Positions 21,669-33,412 of a stretch of 64,000 nt of DNA are shown here, piece after piece. The DNA comes from Diplonema japonicum. Taxonomy: Eukaryota > Protista > Euglenozoa: Diplonemea. Made by a program: the position numbers and the translations under genes. The stretch lies in the NCBI GenBank assembly GCA_964019335.1, contig OZ025659.1, positions 558,001 through 622,000 of the forward strand. Direction: 5' to 3'. The notes under the pieces were generated by a model. It was not told where the DNA came from, did no database searches, and saw only the letters and a list, made by a program, of their open reading frames with translations. Positions within the stretch are counted from its first letter, which is position 1, and the number at the start of each line of letters is the position of its first letter.

Positions 21669-23343
21669 TGCGACTCGCAGTTTTTCTTTATGGTATTTCC
21701 TTGTCATTTTTTTAATTAAAGTTAGCTTTTCTGCTAGCTACCTTAAAAAAAATATTCAAAAAAAATTTCTTTTTTACGAAAAAGAAAACATGCCCATTAA
21801 TAAAAAAAGAAAATTAGAGGAAGGAATGGAAGAGAGAGGGGAAAAAAAAAAAAAAAAAAAAAAAAAAAAAGCAGAGAAGGGGAAAGAATGAAAAAAAAAT
21901 AAAACAAAAAAAAAAGGAGATCCATTTCCTCTTTTTTTTTTTTTTTAACCCTCTACTTTTTTGCTTTTTTTCCCCCCTCTCAACCTTCTTGTCTAGATCC
22001 AGATTCTACAGCCTCTTTCTTTTTACTTTTTATTTTTTGTGCAAGCACTTTATTTTATATCTTTTTCCTTCCCCAATCTCACTTTAAAACATCTTCCACT
22101 TTGCGAGAAGCAATGAAGATAGGGGGGGGAAGGGGACATTTTTTGAACCTAACAGACTTCGCCCTCCCCTTTTTTTCTAAGGTGTCCTACCCTTTCGGGC
22201 CTTTACTTTTCTTTCCCCTCTATTCTTTTTTTTTTTGATTTTTTCCGAAAAACGGAAAGAAAAAAAAAGAAGAAAGGGAAAAAGAAAAGGTAGCGAGAAG
22301 TTTCAAAAGAAAAAAAAAAAAAAAAGACTTCTTAAATAGCTTGGCTACACAACCGCTGGAAATCTCTTTTTTCGTGTTAAATCATTTTTTTTATGTTTTT
22401 TTTTTTTTTTTTTTTTTTCTTCAATTCCATATGGTTCTTGCCGCCCTGTGTTTTCACCCCTCTTTTTTATTTTTATTCCCGTCTTCAATCTGTGAGGAAA
22501 CAAGCCATGTTGTCATGGATTTTGTTTTCCTTGAGTTTTTTTTTCTTCTTCTTCTTTTTTTCACCTCTCCCACTTCGGTCCTTTGGCTTTAATAACTATT
22601 TCCACCACCACCATTTTCCTTGTTTTAAAATGCCTAGATTGTAATTCTGGGGACCGAAAATCCAAATCCTAACATACTTCTCTTTTCATTTAGCTCTTTC
22701 TTTTTTACTGTAAAACAAAAATTTCCAACTGGGACCCTTCTACTGGAAGATCCCATGAAACTGTGTAGAAGAAGAAAAAAAAAAATAACAGCCGAGGTGG
22801 CTGACCTGACACTACAAAGGCTGCCTTCGGCTACTTCTCATTAGGTTTGGAAGTGTTCCCCCGAAACTCTGCAAAAAGAAATCCAGGGGATTTTTTTTTT
22901 TTTTTTTTGCAAGAAAACAAAAAGGGAACGTTGGCAACATATTTCGGGTTTTACAAACTTCTCCAGGTTTTACCCGGTACGTACAAAACAACGACCAGCT
23001 CCTCTTTTTTTTTTGTTTTTGTTTTTAAATTCCCGCAATCATGTACCATTTCGGTTCCGATCTGATTTTGTTTTACAGTATTCCTCTTTTAAAAAAAAAA
23101 AAAGAATACCCCCCCGCCGCCCCCCCCCCCCCTATAATTCTTATTGCCTTATAAAATGGGTAGGCCTCTTTTTTCTTTTCTTTTCTTTTCTCCTTTTTTT
23201 TCCTCTTCCCCTGCCTCTCGTCTTTTTTTTCTCTTTATTTTTTTTCGTTTCAGCTTCTTATCAAAAGAACAAAGAACCGAAGGAATAACCATTTTGCGTC
23301 GTCAGGTTTCTGCAGACCACAGGACAACTTCAAATTCTCTTAA

Positions 23344-24791
23344 CCCTTATCCGCCCAACGACTCATATATGAGTCGTTAATGGGGGTGTTGTTCCCTGTG
23401 TCCATCCAAACCTGAGTCTTGGATGAAAAAAAAAAAAAAAAAGAATGGAAAGATTTGGAAAATCTGCGTTTAATGCGCTATTTGTATCCATCTGAAACTT
23501 CATAGCTTCAACCTAGAACGGGGTACCGAGACACTGGGTGACACCCAAAATATGGGTATTTTCCTGATTTTCTCTTGACTTTTTCCCTATGAATTTCTTT
23601 TTGAGTCACTCGCAGGCCCTTATCAAAATCAACAAGCCAGCACACACTGGGGACAGCCCCCAGCCTCATTTAGGCTTTTTAGACCTGTTTGCTGGTGACG
23701 AGGCACCCGTATCTGACAAAGAGTCTGGTGAATCTCTATTTCTGACAAGGAGTATGATGAAGAACAGGGGGAAGAGGAAGAGGAGGAAGGGGAAGAAGCA
23801 GCCTCTATCAAGGGGGATTTGACCGACTATTGGTCGGAAATGTCGAAGAACCGGTTCAAAGTGATCCTGCGGTACCTGCACCTTGCCAATCCTGCTGCCA
23901 GAGAAACCGACAAGCTGCGTCTGATCCGCCCGTTCATCGATCTCGTGAAAGGGAAATGGGTGAAGGCTCTGACCCCTGAACAAAATTTGTCAGTGGACCA
24001 CCCCTCCGTCAGTTTGTACCGACGAACGTAATCAATGGGGTTATTCTCAACGAAAGCAGCACGGGGTACTGCCCCGACATGATGGTGGGGTTGACACCTA
24101 CAGGGAAACACCAAAGACTGTTGTGGGAAGGCTCTTCTCCACATACGAGAACAAAGGTACGAGAACAAAGGTTATGATTTGTATATCGACAACTGGTATA
24201 GCGGTGTTCAGCTCTTCCACGAGTTGAAGGGCGTGGGGATACACTGCTGTGGAGCGATTTGCAAAAATAGGCGGGGTCTGCCCAATGTAAGTGCCATGGA
24301 AGCAGGTAGCGTGACGTATCAGAACAACGCTGGCCTGGTCTACCTTGCTTGGTCGGACAGACGAGATGTGCACCTATCTACCTTACCTGTGGGTGAAGAG
24401 TTTGGGCAAGGTTTTGCGACATCCGATCAATGCACCTCCATGGCTCGAAAACATTAAACATTTGGTGGAATGAACGCAGATTTTCAAGATCTTTGTTTTG
24501 AGGCAGATGTGCAAGGACAGCGGCAGAATAGCCACAGGACAGGCCTGAAAGGGAAGATTTCTGAGTGCTGGTAAGGCTGAAATCACTGTTGTGGGGCCAC
24601 CTACTCACGACCCTGAACATTGGCTTCTTATTGATCGAAATCACAAAACCTTTAGTGGAATGAACGCAGATTTCAAATATCTTTCAAATGCGTACCTCGA
24701 ACCAGTCTTCAGCATGTCCGACCCATGCCAACAAGGGACCAAAATCGGGAAAATCCAAAAATCAATTCAACCCCCCCTGGGCTGATAAGGG
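23344..24791 (+). mobile_element. Non-autonomous piggyBac DNA transposon, copy 1
   Basis: TTAA TSDs (23340-43, 24792-95); TIRs CCCTTATCcGCCCA / TGGGCtGATAAGGG; broken transposase pieces MSKNRFKVILRYLH..DKLRLIRP..LSVD and YIDNWYS..CGAICKNRRGLP..WSDRRDV. Confidence 0.95.
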
Positions 24792-24900
24792 TTAAGGTAG
24801 CCAAATGCCTCGTCTTCTAATTAAAAACGCGCATGAATGGACCAATGAGATTCCTTCTGCCCCTACCTACTATCTGGCGAAACAGCAGTCAAGGGAACGG
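24792..24900 (+). pseudogene. 28S (LSU) rRNA fragment starting at the conserved TTAAGGTAGCCAAATGCCTCGTC site
   Basis: ttaaggtagccaaatgcctcgtc..aatta..acgcgcatgaatgga..aatgagattcc..tactatct.gcgaaac..cag.caagggaacgg matches the conserved LSU segment with several substitutions; ~110 bp only. Confidence 0.9.
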
Positions 24901-25559
24901 ACCCCACCGGCCCATTTTATGGTCTCTATGGGTGCCAACTCCTTTACTCATGAAGGCTGGACCTCGTCCGTAGCTGTTTTGGTTGTACTTTTGCGTTTTT
25001 TAGACACAGCCTATCTACCCACTTGGTGGGTGGATAGCAAGGTAAGGTGATGCAGCGCAGCATGAAATGCAGTTGAAAATACTCCTCACAACAGTCGTTC
25101 TTGGAGATCCAGGGGTCGGGGGGGCGAAAAAGTACTTAGAGAAAAAGAAAATTCACTTTTAAATATTTACGCCTTGGAGTACTATGGGCTTTAACAATAT
25201 TATTGTCGAGACTAAAAACTAGTTGTTGGCAGCGTAATGAGCTATTTTATTGGGTAAAAATCCCTCTTCGTGGGCACAAACAAATGAAGCGCCAAACTAG
25301 TTTTTCTTCTACAAGAAAAGGGGGGAACATAAGGGTGAACTCGTGCCGAGCGCATCACTGGAAGAAAGCATCACATCTTCCTATTCGATGCTTACACGCA
25401 GTTGAGGAGACTACCTGCCTGATTGCGGGAGGCGGGTGTGCGTCTATCTTTGCACAAGCGACACCACAACAAAAGAAAAAAAAAAAAGAAAAAAAAAAGG
25501 AAAACCACCACCACACAAACAGGTTTACAACTTCCAACACTTTTACACAACAAGATAAG

Positions 25560-26645
25560 ATGATGCAGCGTGCTGCTCTACTCGTGCTGGCGGCCTTGGC
25601 GGCTGAGGCCTCGACAGGGGTCCCTATGGAGATCATGGTGAAGAACTGGTGCGGGAGCCCCTTGAAGAACATCGTGTACACTGTAGAAGGGAGGGGGGCG
25701 CAGGTGTGCGGGGCGATGTTCGAGCTGGACGAGGCGAGGAAGACCTGCAGGAGAGGGACGCAGTACGAGTGCTACATCCCGAAGTGCTTCTCGAACGGAG
25801 AGGCGGTACCCTTGAAGGACGGGAAGGCGGTCCCCCCGTGTGACGTGAACCCGGCGGCGATCGACCCGACGGTGCCTGTTCCTCCGAAGACCGGAAACGG
25901 GGCGGGCCTCGTCCCCGACACGACTGTGACAACCAGCTTCGTGGCGAGGGCCCTCACGAACCTCCCGAACAGCCAAGGGCTGAGGGAAGGGTGGCCCGAC
26001 ATCCCGAACTCCGCCTTCCTGAACTACCCGCAGTCCCTGGTGAACCGTTTGGGGCAGATCCCCAACGTCTACATCGACAACACCTTCGAGATCCGCTTCG
26101 CCTGCACCTCGGGAGGGGCGGACGACAAGTGCGACCTCTTCGCCTTCATCTACAGGTGCCCTCCCTGCACCTTCTCGAACGGAGGGGACTTCACGACGAA
26201 GCTCCTCGCCGACGGGTGGGAGCCGTACAACTGCGACGTGAAGTTCCAGCTTGACCAGACGGTGCCCACCCACGAGCACTCCACCCTCGTCTACCACAGG
26301 CAGATGGACAAGCACGACATGAGGGAGACGGACAAGTGGTACACCATCAAGGCCGACTCCCTTCTGGAGCTGTCCTGGTTCGCGACGAGCAGGGCGACGG
26401 CGCACTGCAGCGACCACGACGGCGACGAAGCGATGTGCATGACCGACCTTCCCGACGAGTGCCAGTGGGACGCGCAGACGCAGAGCTGCAACCGTGTGCT
26501 GTGCCCGGCAAAGTCGCAGGGTCCCGACCGTGTGCACCTCCCGGGTCCCAATGGAAACCCCAGCAAGCCCAAGGGTCCTTGGGTCCAGAAGTGCAAGGTG
26601 TGCGTCGACGAGGAGCGCGACATGTACATGCCCAATCTGAAGTAG
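25560..26645 (+). CDS. Secreted Cys-rich protein, paralog 5 (same protein as paralog 3)
   Basis: Translation identical to 18374-19459. Confidence 0.85.
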   Translation: MMQRAALLVLAALAAEASTGVPMEIMVKNWCGSPLKNIVYTVEGRGAQVCGAMFELDEARKTCRRGTQYECYIPKCFSNGEAVPLKDGKAVPPCDVNPAAIDPTVPVPPKTGNGAGLVPDTTVTTSFVARALTNLPNSQGLREGWPDIPNSAFLNYPQSLVNRLGQIPNVYIDNTFEIRFACTSGGADDKCDLFAFIYRCPPCTFSNGGDFTTKLLADGWEPYNCDVKFQLDQTVPTHEHSTLVYHRQMDKHDMRETDKWYTIKADSLLELSWFATSRATAHCSDHDGDEAMCMTDLPDECQWDAQTQSCNRVLCPAKSQGPDRVHLPGPNGNPSKPKGPWVQKCKVCVDEERDMYMPNLK

Positions 26646-26765
26646 GGCTTCCTCAAGACTGGTGGCGTGAGAAAGAAACTGACATGTATTGTGTTAACCT
26701 TTTTAAGAAGTTGCTCGTACGCCAGGCGCGTTTATGAAGCAACCAAAGTCATTCTTCTTTTTTTT

Positions 26766-27489
26766 GATGGCCCCTGTGTCTTGAGCTACACGCAATACTG
26801 CCGAGAGGACATGCCTTTGCATACCTGGAAAAACTGCAACGATACTTGGCCGTGGTGGTTGAGAAGCGGGACGTGGAGCTCGTGCAGAAGGAGGACGTCA
26901 ACACACAGCCGCTACCGTGGGAACGAAATGTAGTAGGAAAGAGATGCCCCGTTCCGATAGCAGGCGAGCTCGAGGGAGTGGGTGGGGTCCTGTCCCAGTA
27001 CCTGAACCCGCTGCTACAATGGTTGTCACAGCTGCGCTGGGTGGAGAAGGACACCGCCTCGGAGGTGTCGGCGGTGGAGCTAGCCATTGACTTCGAATGG
27101 ACGACCGGTAAATCATTAGGAGGCCTGCTGGAAGATAGGGCACGCAGAATCAAGGCCCTAATCGTAAAGATAAACGCAGCGTGCAGGGCACGGAAGAAGC
27201 GACGCCCCTTCCCAGCGGATGAGCAGAAAAGGGTGAAATCCCTCATCGCCATAGGAGGAAAGGCAGCTATAGGCTTCTCCAGGAGGCCCATTTTTGCTAC
27301 CCAGTCCACGCACGACAAGCTGATGGATTTGAAGGCCGCCTACAAGCGGGATCGCATCACACGACTCCGCAAGACGCTCACAGCCACAATCGGGATGAAA
27401 GCAATGCTCCAGAAGGGGAGTATTAACAGATAGACCCCCCCCCTCCCATAGGGCGGCCCTCTAGCGGGGGGCTTGTCCTGTACTTTGAG
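26766..27489 (+). mobile_element. 5'-truncated non-LTR retrotransposon (family A), 3' end
   Basis: WPLCLELHAILPRG..LEKLQRYLA..EVSAVELAIDFEWTTG..QKGSINR* aligns with the 53219 element; absent from the duplicated empty site at ~19517-19523; T-tracts on both sides. Confidence 0.85.
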
Positions 27490-28029
27490 TTTTTTTTTTA
27501 TTTGTAGACGGTTTCTTTCTCTTTTTTATTTTTTGATTTTATCCCTCCTTGTTTAGGAAGAAAGGGGTGCAGGCTTCTTATTATTAATTGATTGCTTCCC
27601 AGAAGGGTGCAAGTAGCCTGAAAGCACACTTTGCACACCATCCCTGAAATGAGTACGAACGAAGATGCATCTATGTTCTCCTATCCGCACAGTACTTCAT
27701 GAAAGCACTGTGAAGAACAAGTAGGTGTTGTAGAAACCCTTTTTCTTCCCTTTCTTTGGCACAAAGAATCTTTTAGCAATCTATCGTGGCCAGGTTTTTT
27801 TTTCTTAATTTTTGACTCCCCCTTTCCCACTTTGATAACATCAGCCCCCTCCCCATTATCTCTGCTTTGGTTTACTTCTTACCACCGCAGATCCTGTACC
27901 TTCTTCGATGCACACCTCTCTCCTTTTGAAATACGCGGAAAGGATGGATTGTTCAGAAGTTGGTGTTCCTCCCTCTAGTTCTTTCATTTTTTTATATCTG
28001 ACACAGTATAAAGTTAATGTGTTGCTGTG

Positions 28030-28290
28030 GACGGTTTCTTTCTTTTTTTGTTTGAACTTATCTCCCTTCTTTTTGTTTAAAAAAAGGGGGGGTGCAGGCT
28101 TTCTTATTATACTTGCTTCCCAGAACACCTTCCCAGGATGCAAGTAGCCTGCAAGCACACATTTTACCCACGACCACGACAAGATGCATCTATGTTCTCC
28201 GATATGTACTTTAGGAAAGCACTGTAAGAAGAACAAGTAAAGTAGGTGTATGCTAGCTCTCGTGGCCAGGTTTTCTTAATTTATGACTTC
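28030..28290 (+). repeat. Third, diverged copy of the 3'-flank sequence of paralogs 3 and 5
   Basis: gtttctttct...tatctcc...gcaagtagcctg.aagcacac...aagatgcatctatgttctcc...aagcactgt also at ~19534-19790 and ~27510-27725. Confidence 0.75.
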
Positions 28291-28461
28291 CCTTATTGCA
28301 AGCAAAACAAGCGCCAAGGATAGTTTTTTTATTTTATTTTTATTATTATTTTATTTTATTTGACGTACCATTCTTTTGCTTTACACGTATTTCTTCTTTT
28401 TTCCCCACCACAAAAAAAAAAACCCCCCACAAGAAAAAAGAGAGGGAAAAAAAAAAAAAAA

Positions 28462-29320
28462 ATGAGTTATAAATTATCGACGATATTGTTAGTGGTCTCG
28501 GTGGTCTGTGTTGGGACAGGGAGGTGTGAGGATGAAGACGTGGGTGACGAAATTGTCTTCATGGACCGTGATGCGGTATGTTACGAAAGTGGAAAAAAAA
28601 AAAAAACCTTTTAAACAGCAAATTGCGAACATTGAACTGGAGCTTGCTGAGGCCAAGCGACACGCGTCCCCATTTAAAGCCAGGTACGAGAACGTCCTGA
28701 TGGAGCAAAGGAGGGTTGATAACGGGTGGTTTGGCATGGGGGCGGAAGCAAAAAGAATGCAGCCTATTGTTGACGAGGCTCATGCGGAGTTTCAAAATGC
28801 GCAGCGGGAGGTAGATATCCTGCGTGCCCAAATCAAACCACTGTACGGGGTTGTTTCTGTGCAACACCTCACAGAGCACCGTGAGGCCATCCACCAGTCC
28901 TTTCAAAACTCTGTCAAAATGGCACAAAACCACATGTGGTGGGACTTCATACTTGGGAACTCACGTTCCGACTCAGTGGAAGGGGCTCTTATGAATCTCC
29001 TCATGTCCTTTATGGCCGGGCTTTCCATCGGTTACGTGATAGGCTTCATCCAATTCATCATCACGGCACCATTCACCATATTCCAGTACTGCAGCTCCAT
29101 CACAGACCTTCCTGCTGCTATTTTTATGTGGATTGTTGGAATGGTATGGAGGGGGGGGAAGAAAGAAGAATAAAATAATAAGGTGCTCTTTCTGCTCCCG
29201 ATCCTCGGGGTCTACTTCACTTGCGTTGCCGTTAATGCGAACCGCAGGAGGGGAGCGGGGGCGAATATGGCCATGCCCGAGATGAGGCGTAGAATTAGAG
29301 TGGGTGGTGGTGGTTATTGA
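28462..29320 (+). CDS. Signal-peptide, coiled-coil, multi-TM hypothetical protein (3 exons)
   Basis: Introns 28576-28618 and 29144-29182 give a continuous frame ending RIRVGGGGY*. Confidence 0.7.
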
Positions 29321-29612
29321 AGGGGGACGGTGCAAAAAAAAAAAGTGTTAATATTTCTTCCCCTATATTTTTTTGACTCAGGGGAAGACAAACAAAAAAA
29401 AAAAAAAAAAAGAACAACGGTTACAAAAAGTAAGAGTTTTTTTTTTTCCCCCTTCTCTTTTCTTAGAAAGGAGGCCTTTTTTTTTTTTAGCCCACCTTTT
29501 TTTTTTATTCCCCCAATGGGGTGGGTGGGGGTACTGAATAAAGCACTTTTAAAAATGAGAATTACCTATTTTTTTTTTTTGTTTCCTACTCTCCCGGCTG
29601 TCTTTTTTTTAC

Positions 29613-31256
29613 GGTGTGCCTGCAGCCCACCAGGACGAAGAACACAAGGATCGCCACGGCGCTGGATGCTGTCGACAGGCTCACAGTGACCCAAATCACG
29701 AGAACGCGTAAGGCCCAACTGATAGAAGACTGCATCCTACCTGCGGCGCTCTACGGAGTGCTCTACACACCACCCACGGACTCGCTCTTGGACTCCCTCA
29801 GGAAGAAGATTACCTCTTGCATATGGGGCCCACACAACCCAACACGCTCGTCAGGCGCCCTCCTCGGGGTGGCTTTCAAAGGACACAGGCTGGACCCGTA
29901 CTCAGCAGCCGCATACCGCAGGATCACAACGTTTGCGCGGATGATGAGGAGCGACGGTGAGTCCAGTTCACTCGTCAGGGCGTGCAGAGACGGCTACAAG
30001 GAGGCCGCCCGGAACGGAAACCCCCTCGCCCCGCGCGGGATACTCGGACAGACCCACGAGCTGCTGGAGGAACTAGGGTCCAGCTGGGCGCATTTCGCGC
30101 GGCAATGGGTCCCCCTAGAGCCTGGGGCACTGAAGCATGAGGTCAGGAAGCTCCTGAAGGTCCACCTGCGAGCGAACCTCGTGGAGAGCAGACCCTCCTT
30201 TCAGGGGACGGGCGACATCGACGAAGTGGCAACCAACGGGCTACACCTGCACCTGGCGAACCGCAACCCTCCCAAAGCACGAAGGGTCCTGCAAGTGATA
30301 ACTGGGGCTGTTTTCCCGTTCCACCCCAAGATTATCAACGACACGGTCGGGGGGCGGACGAAATGCATGGGCTGCGACGCTACTTTCGACATTTCGGAAC
30401 ACACGGCGAGACTCCTGGAGCACACCCTCTGGGACTGTCAGGCGCACGAGCACATCAGGACAGCTTCCGAGACGCGGGCAGCGCTGTGCACACAACGTAA
30501 CCAGTGGCCCCGGTGCACGCAACTGCACGGCATCGCGACAGTGGGACTCGGGCTGGACACTGCCGAGTTGCAGCTGATGATGGCGGAGATCACTGGTAGC
30601 TTACAACTCACCTTTGCACGGAAAAAGACGATGGACTTCAGCGTTCACCTGTGGAACAGGCCTTTCGAGAAGGGGAGTTTGCTCAAGCCACGGTCACTGA
30701 GGTGGTACTACGACAATGGTTTGAGGCAACAGTGCCTCCCACGGCTCATCCCGCACGTCATCCGATGGCTCTCTGCCCTTCACTGGGGCACGACAGGTGG
30801 ACAGGTCTCCAGGCTTGAGCTGGCCATAGACTTCATTGCCACGGTGGGACTCTCACCTTGTGAAGAGGGTGAGGACATCCAAGTGAGCGCGCGTGTAATA
30901 GGCCGGGTGATAACGGCACTAGAACGCATCCACACCAGTAAGGGCATAGCGCCCCTCATCCCAGCTGCGTCAGTAGTTTCTGTCCACTCCCTGCGCACGT
31001 TGGGTTACTACAACAGCTCCGTAAGGGGCTACTCCTCTAGACCGGTATTCGCCTCCCCGGTGACCCGCCACATCCTTGAGAAACAACTGTACAACTATTG
31101 TGTCCTTACCAACTCGGTTGAGGGTTTTATACCTAAGGTACCGAGGAGGGTGAACGAGGGGCCGAAGGCCACACCACAGCAGAAAGGTTCGATCAAGAGA
31201 TAGATTGAGACTCTTCAGGCGTCCTGCCACATACCGCAGGTACCCTTAAATGTCTC
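29613..31256 (+). mobile_element. 5'-truncated non-LTR retrotransposon (divergent family A member)
   Basis: RT-thumb-like ILPAALYG; knuckle CMGC...HTLWDC; VSRLELAIDF; RPVFAS; ends QKGSIKR*; T8-AC on the left and T27-AC on the right (TSD-like). Confidence 0.85.
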
Positions 31257-31289
<33 letters not shown>

Positions 31290-31369
31290 GAGTTTCTTAA
31301 ATCTATTAGGAGAGGGAGGGGAGGGGAGGCGGTGAGAGAAAAAAAAAATAAAAATAAGAAGAAAAAAAA

Positions 31370-32081
31370 ATGGGAAAAGGTAAAAAGCTCTTTGACAGCA
31401 ACTCACAAGTGATAACCCTGCTAACTCTTGTGGTGCAGTTTCTTCACTGTCTTCTCTGCCTGTCGAACTACTTAGATTGGGTGCGGCACCAAGAGGACAA
31501 AATCGGGCTCAGAATTGTACGCCTGTATCTCGCATTGACGATAATTGCAATCATCAGCTTTCTCCTCATCAGCTCTGTTTTCTACATGTGGGCCTGGAGG
31601 TACGCAAGTAGTGAAGAGGCCGCAAAGCGTAGGAGGATCTGGGGCATCGCTATCAATTTGCTTTTTGCAGATTTCCCGCTGTTTTGCACGGAAGTAGACA
31701 TCGTTTGGAACGCTGGCTTTTCCACAGGCCTCCAAGCACTGTCGTTTACGTTCACATGCATATCCTTTGTGTACAGCTCCTTCAGAGTGTGGGTCTTCAC
31801 GATGGTCCGTGTCATTAAGCGTTCTCAGCCCCCTCGCGCGCTTGGTACAGGTGGCTACCCTGGACAAGCCCAAGGTGGAGGTGTTCTGCCTCCAACACCT
31901 CTTGGGGACAACAACAGGCAGTCCATGTATAATATAAGTAAAATACCTTACAATGGAGAGGCCTCGGTGCCTATGCAAACGATCATTAAGGAACAGAACT
32001 CTGAAGGCCCTGAAGCGATCTCCGCTGCTTTGGGTGACGCGGAACCTTCTGATTTGTTCCCTGGAGATCGGGCGGGTATGT

Positions 32082-32156
<75 letters not shown>

Positions 32157-32303
32157 AATCCAGACGGTATCATCCCGCAGACGAACAGGCAGTCTTCTAC
32201 TGCCAACGACTACGGGCAGTCTACCTTCTTGGGAAATGCAGACGGCATCATCCCCGCCAATACCAATTTCTCGCGCCAACCATACAATGTTCAAATCCCT
32301 TGA
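31370..32303 (+). CDS. Multi-pass membrane protein (2 exons)
   Basis: About 4 hydrophobic segments; the poly-K run in the ORF track is the poly-A intron 32076-32163. Confidence 0.7.
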
Positions 32304-32610
32304 AAAGGAAAAAAAGGGGGAAGAAAAAAAAAAAAGCCGATATTATAGAATTGAGAGCGGGAAAAAAAGAAAAAAAAAATAGATTTTTTTTTTATCTCCT
32401 TCACCCCCCCTTCCCCCCATTCCATTTTTCACACTTTTTTTTTTTGTAAGCATAATTAGTAGAATTGATACCCCCCCCATTTTATTTTTCTCCCTTTTTT
32501 TTTCCTGCCGTCCCATTTTCTTTTTTTTAGAGTTTTTTTTTAGAGTTTTTTTTTTCCACCATTAAATGCGGGGTGGGAATTCGATTTCGAAGGAGGGGGG
32601 GAACAAAATA

Positions 32611-33306
32611 ATGACGCAACAGGAATTCTTCGTAAACTGCGATGTTGGGAACGCAGAAGCCGTTAAAGGAAATCTGGAGGTGGGTAACTGCAACGTGAAC
32701 GAAGGCAGTGGCGTCGAACAAAGGGTGTGGAACATGGGTTCGACAGGATTGATGCTAGCAGCAAGGGGAGGCCACAGCAAGGTGGTAGAGTTGCTGGTGG
32801 AGCACGGTGCTGATGTGAAACAAGTAGATGCTGAGTTGTGGAATGCACTTCATTACTCAGCCTTCTCTGGACACAAGGATGTATCTGAGATATTACTAGC
32901 CCACGGTACCCCTAGTGACACCAGGACCATGTATGAGAAGGCGACCCCTTTGGACTTCGCGAGCCACAGACGGTTCACAGGGGTTATGAAACTGCTACAC
33001 CCCACCAGCCCGCCCCCTGTTCCATACACTCCCGCTGAGGTGACTTCCATCACCAACAAGGGTTTGCGTAAGATATCAGACCCCCTCCTCCACCGTTACA
33101 AGGTGACGCCTTCCTCCCTAGATGCGTGGAAGGGTTATTTAACCTCCGGGGCGGCTTCTCCTCTATCCATTCCCGCCTTGGACACGCTTTTAAACTCTGA
33201 TGTAACCATACACATGCACCCCACGCACCCTCCCCCTGAGTACCCCCGCACTATTCGTAGGTCGTCCGTCTCGGGGCTGCAACACCTTGTGGTTTGCCTG
33301 CGCTGA
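32611..33306 (+). CDS. Ankyrin-repeat protein
   Basis: GSTGLMLAARGGHSKVVELLVEHGADV, NALHYSAFSGH, TPLDFA. Confidence 0.85.
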   Translation: MTQQEFFVNCDVGNAEAVKGNLEVGNCNVNEGSGVEQRVWNMGSTGLMLAARGGHSKVVELLVEHGADVKQVDAELWNALHYSAFSGHKDVSEILLAHGTPSDTRTMYEKATPLDFASHRRFTGVMKLLHPTSPPPVPYTPAEVTSITNKGLRKISDPLLHRYKVTPSSLDAWKGYLTSGAASPLSIPALDTLLNSDVTIHMHPTHPPPEYPRTIRRSSVSGLQHLVVCLR

Positions 33307-33412
33307 ATGACGATTCCCCCCCCTTCCCCTAAACTTTTTTTTTATTGATTTGATCTTTTTCGTGCTTTAAAACAAAAAAGAAAAAAATGCAGGGGGAAAA
33401 GGGAGAAAAAAA

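Noticed and set aside
22790-22832. Hairpin agccgagg...ccttcggct as an ncRNA
   Set aside because: Single short stem with no tRNA, snoRNA or snRNA motifs and no second copy in the window
21300-23330. Many short F/K-rich ORFs in homopolymer regions (also 42620-43440, 46860-48230, 51800-52770)
   Set aside because: Low-complexity UTR or intergenic DNA; the ORFs are compositional artefacts
24792-24900. Functional rRNA gene
   Set aside because: Only ~110 bp with substitutions and no neighbouring rRNA sequence; treated as a fragment
32083-32154. Poly-Lys stretches in ORFs (also near 38470 and 58280)
   Set aside because: They lie within GT..AG introns whose removal restores sensible proteins
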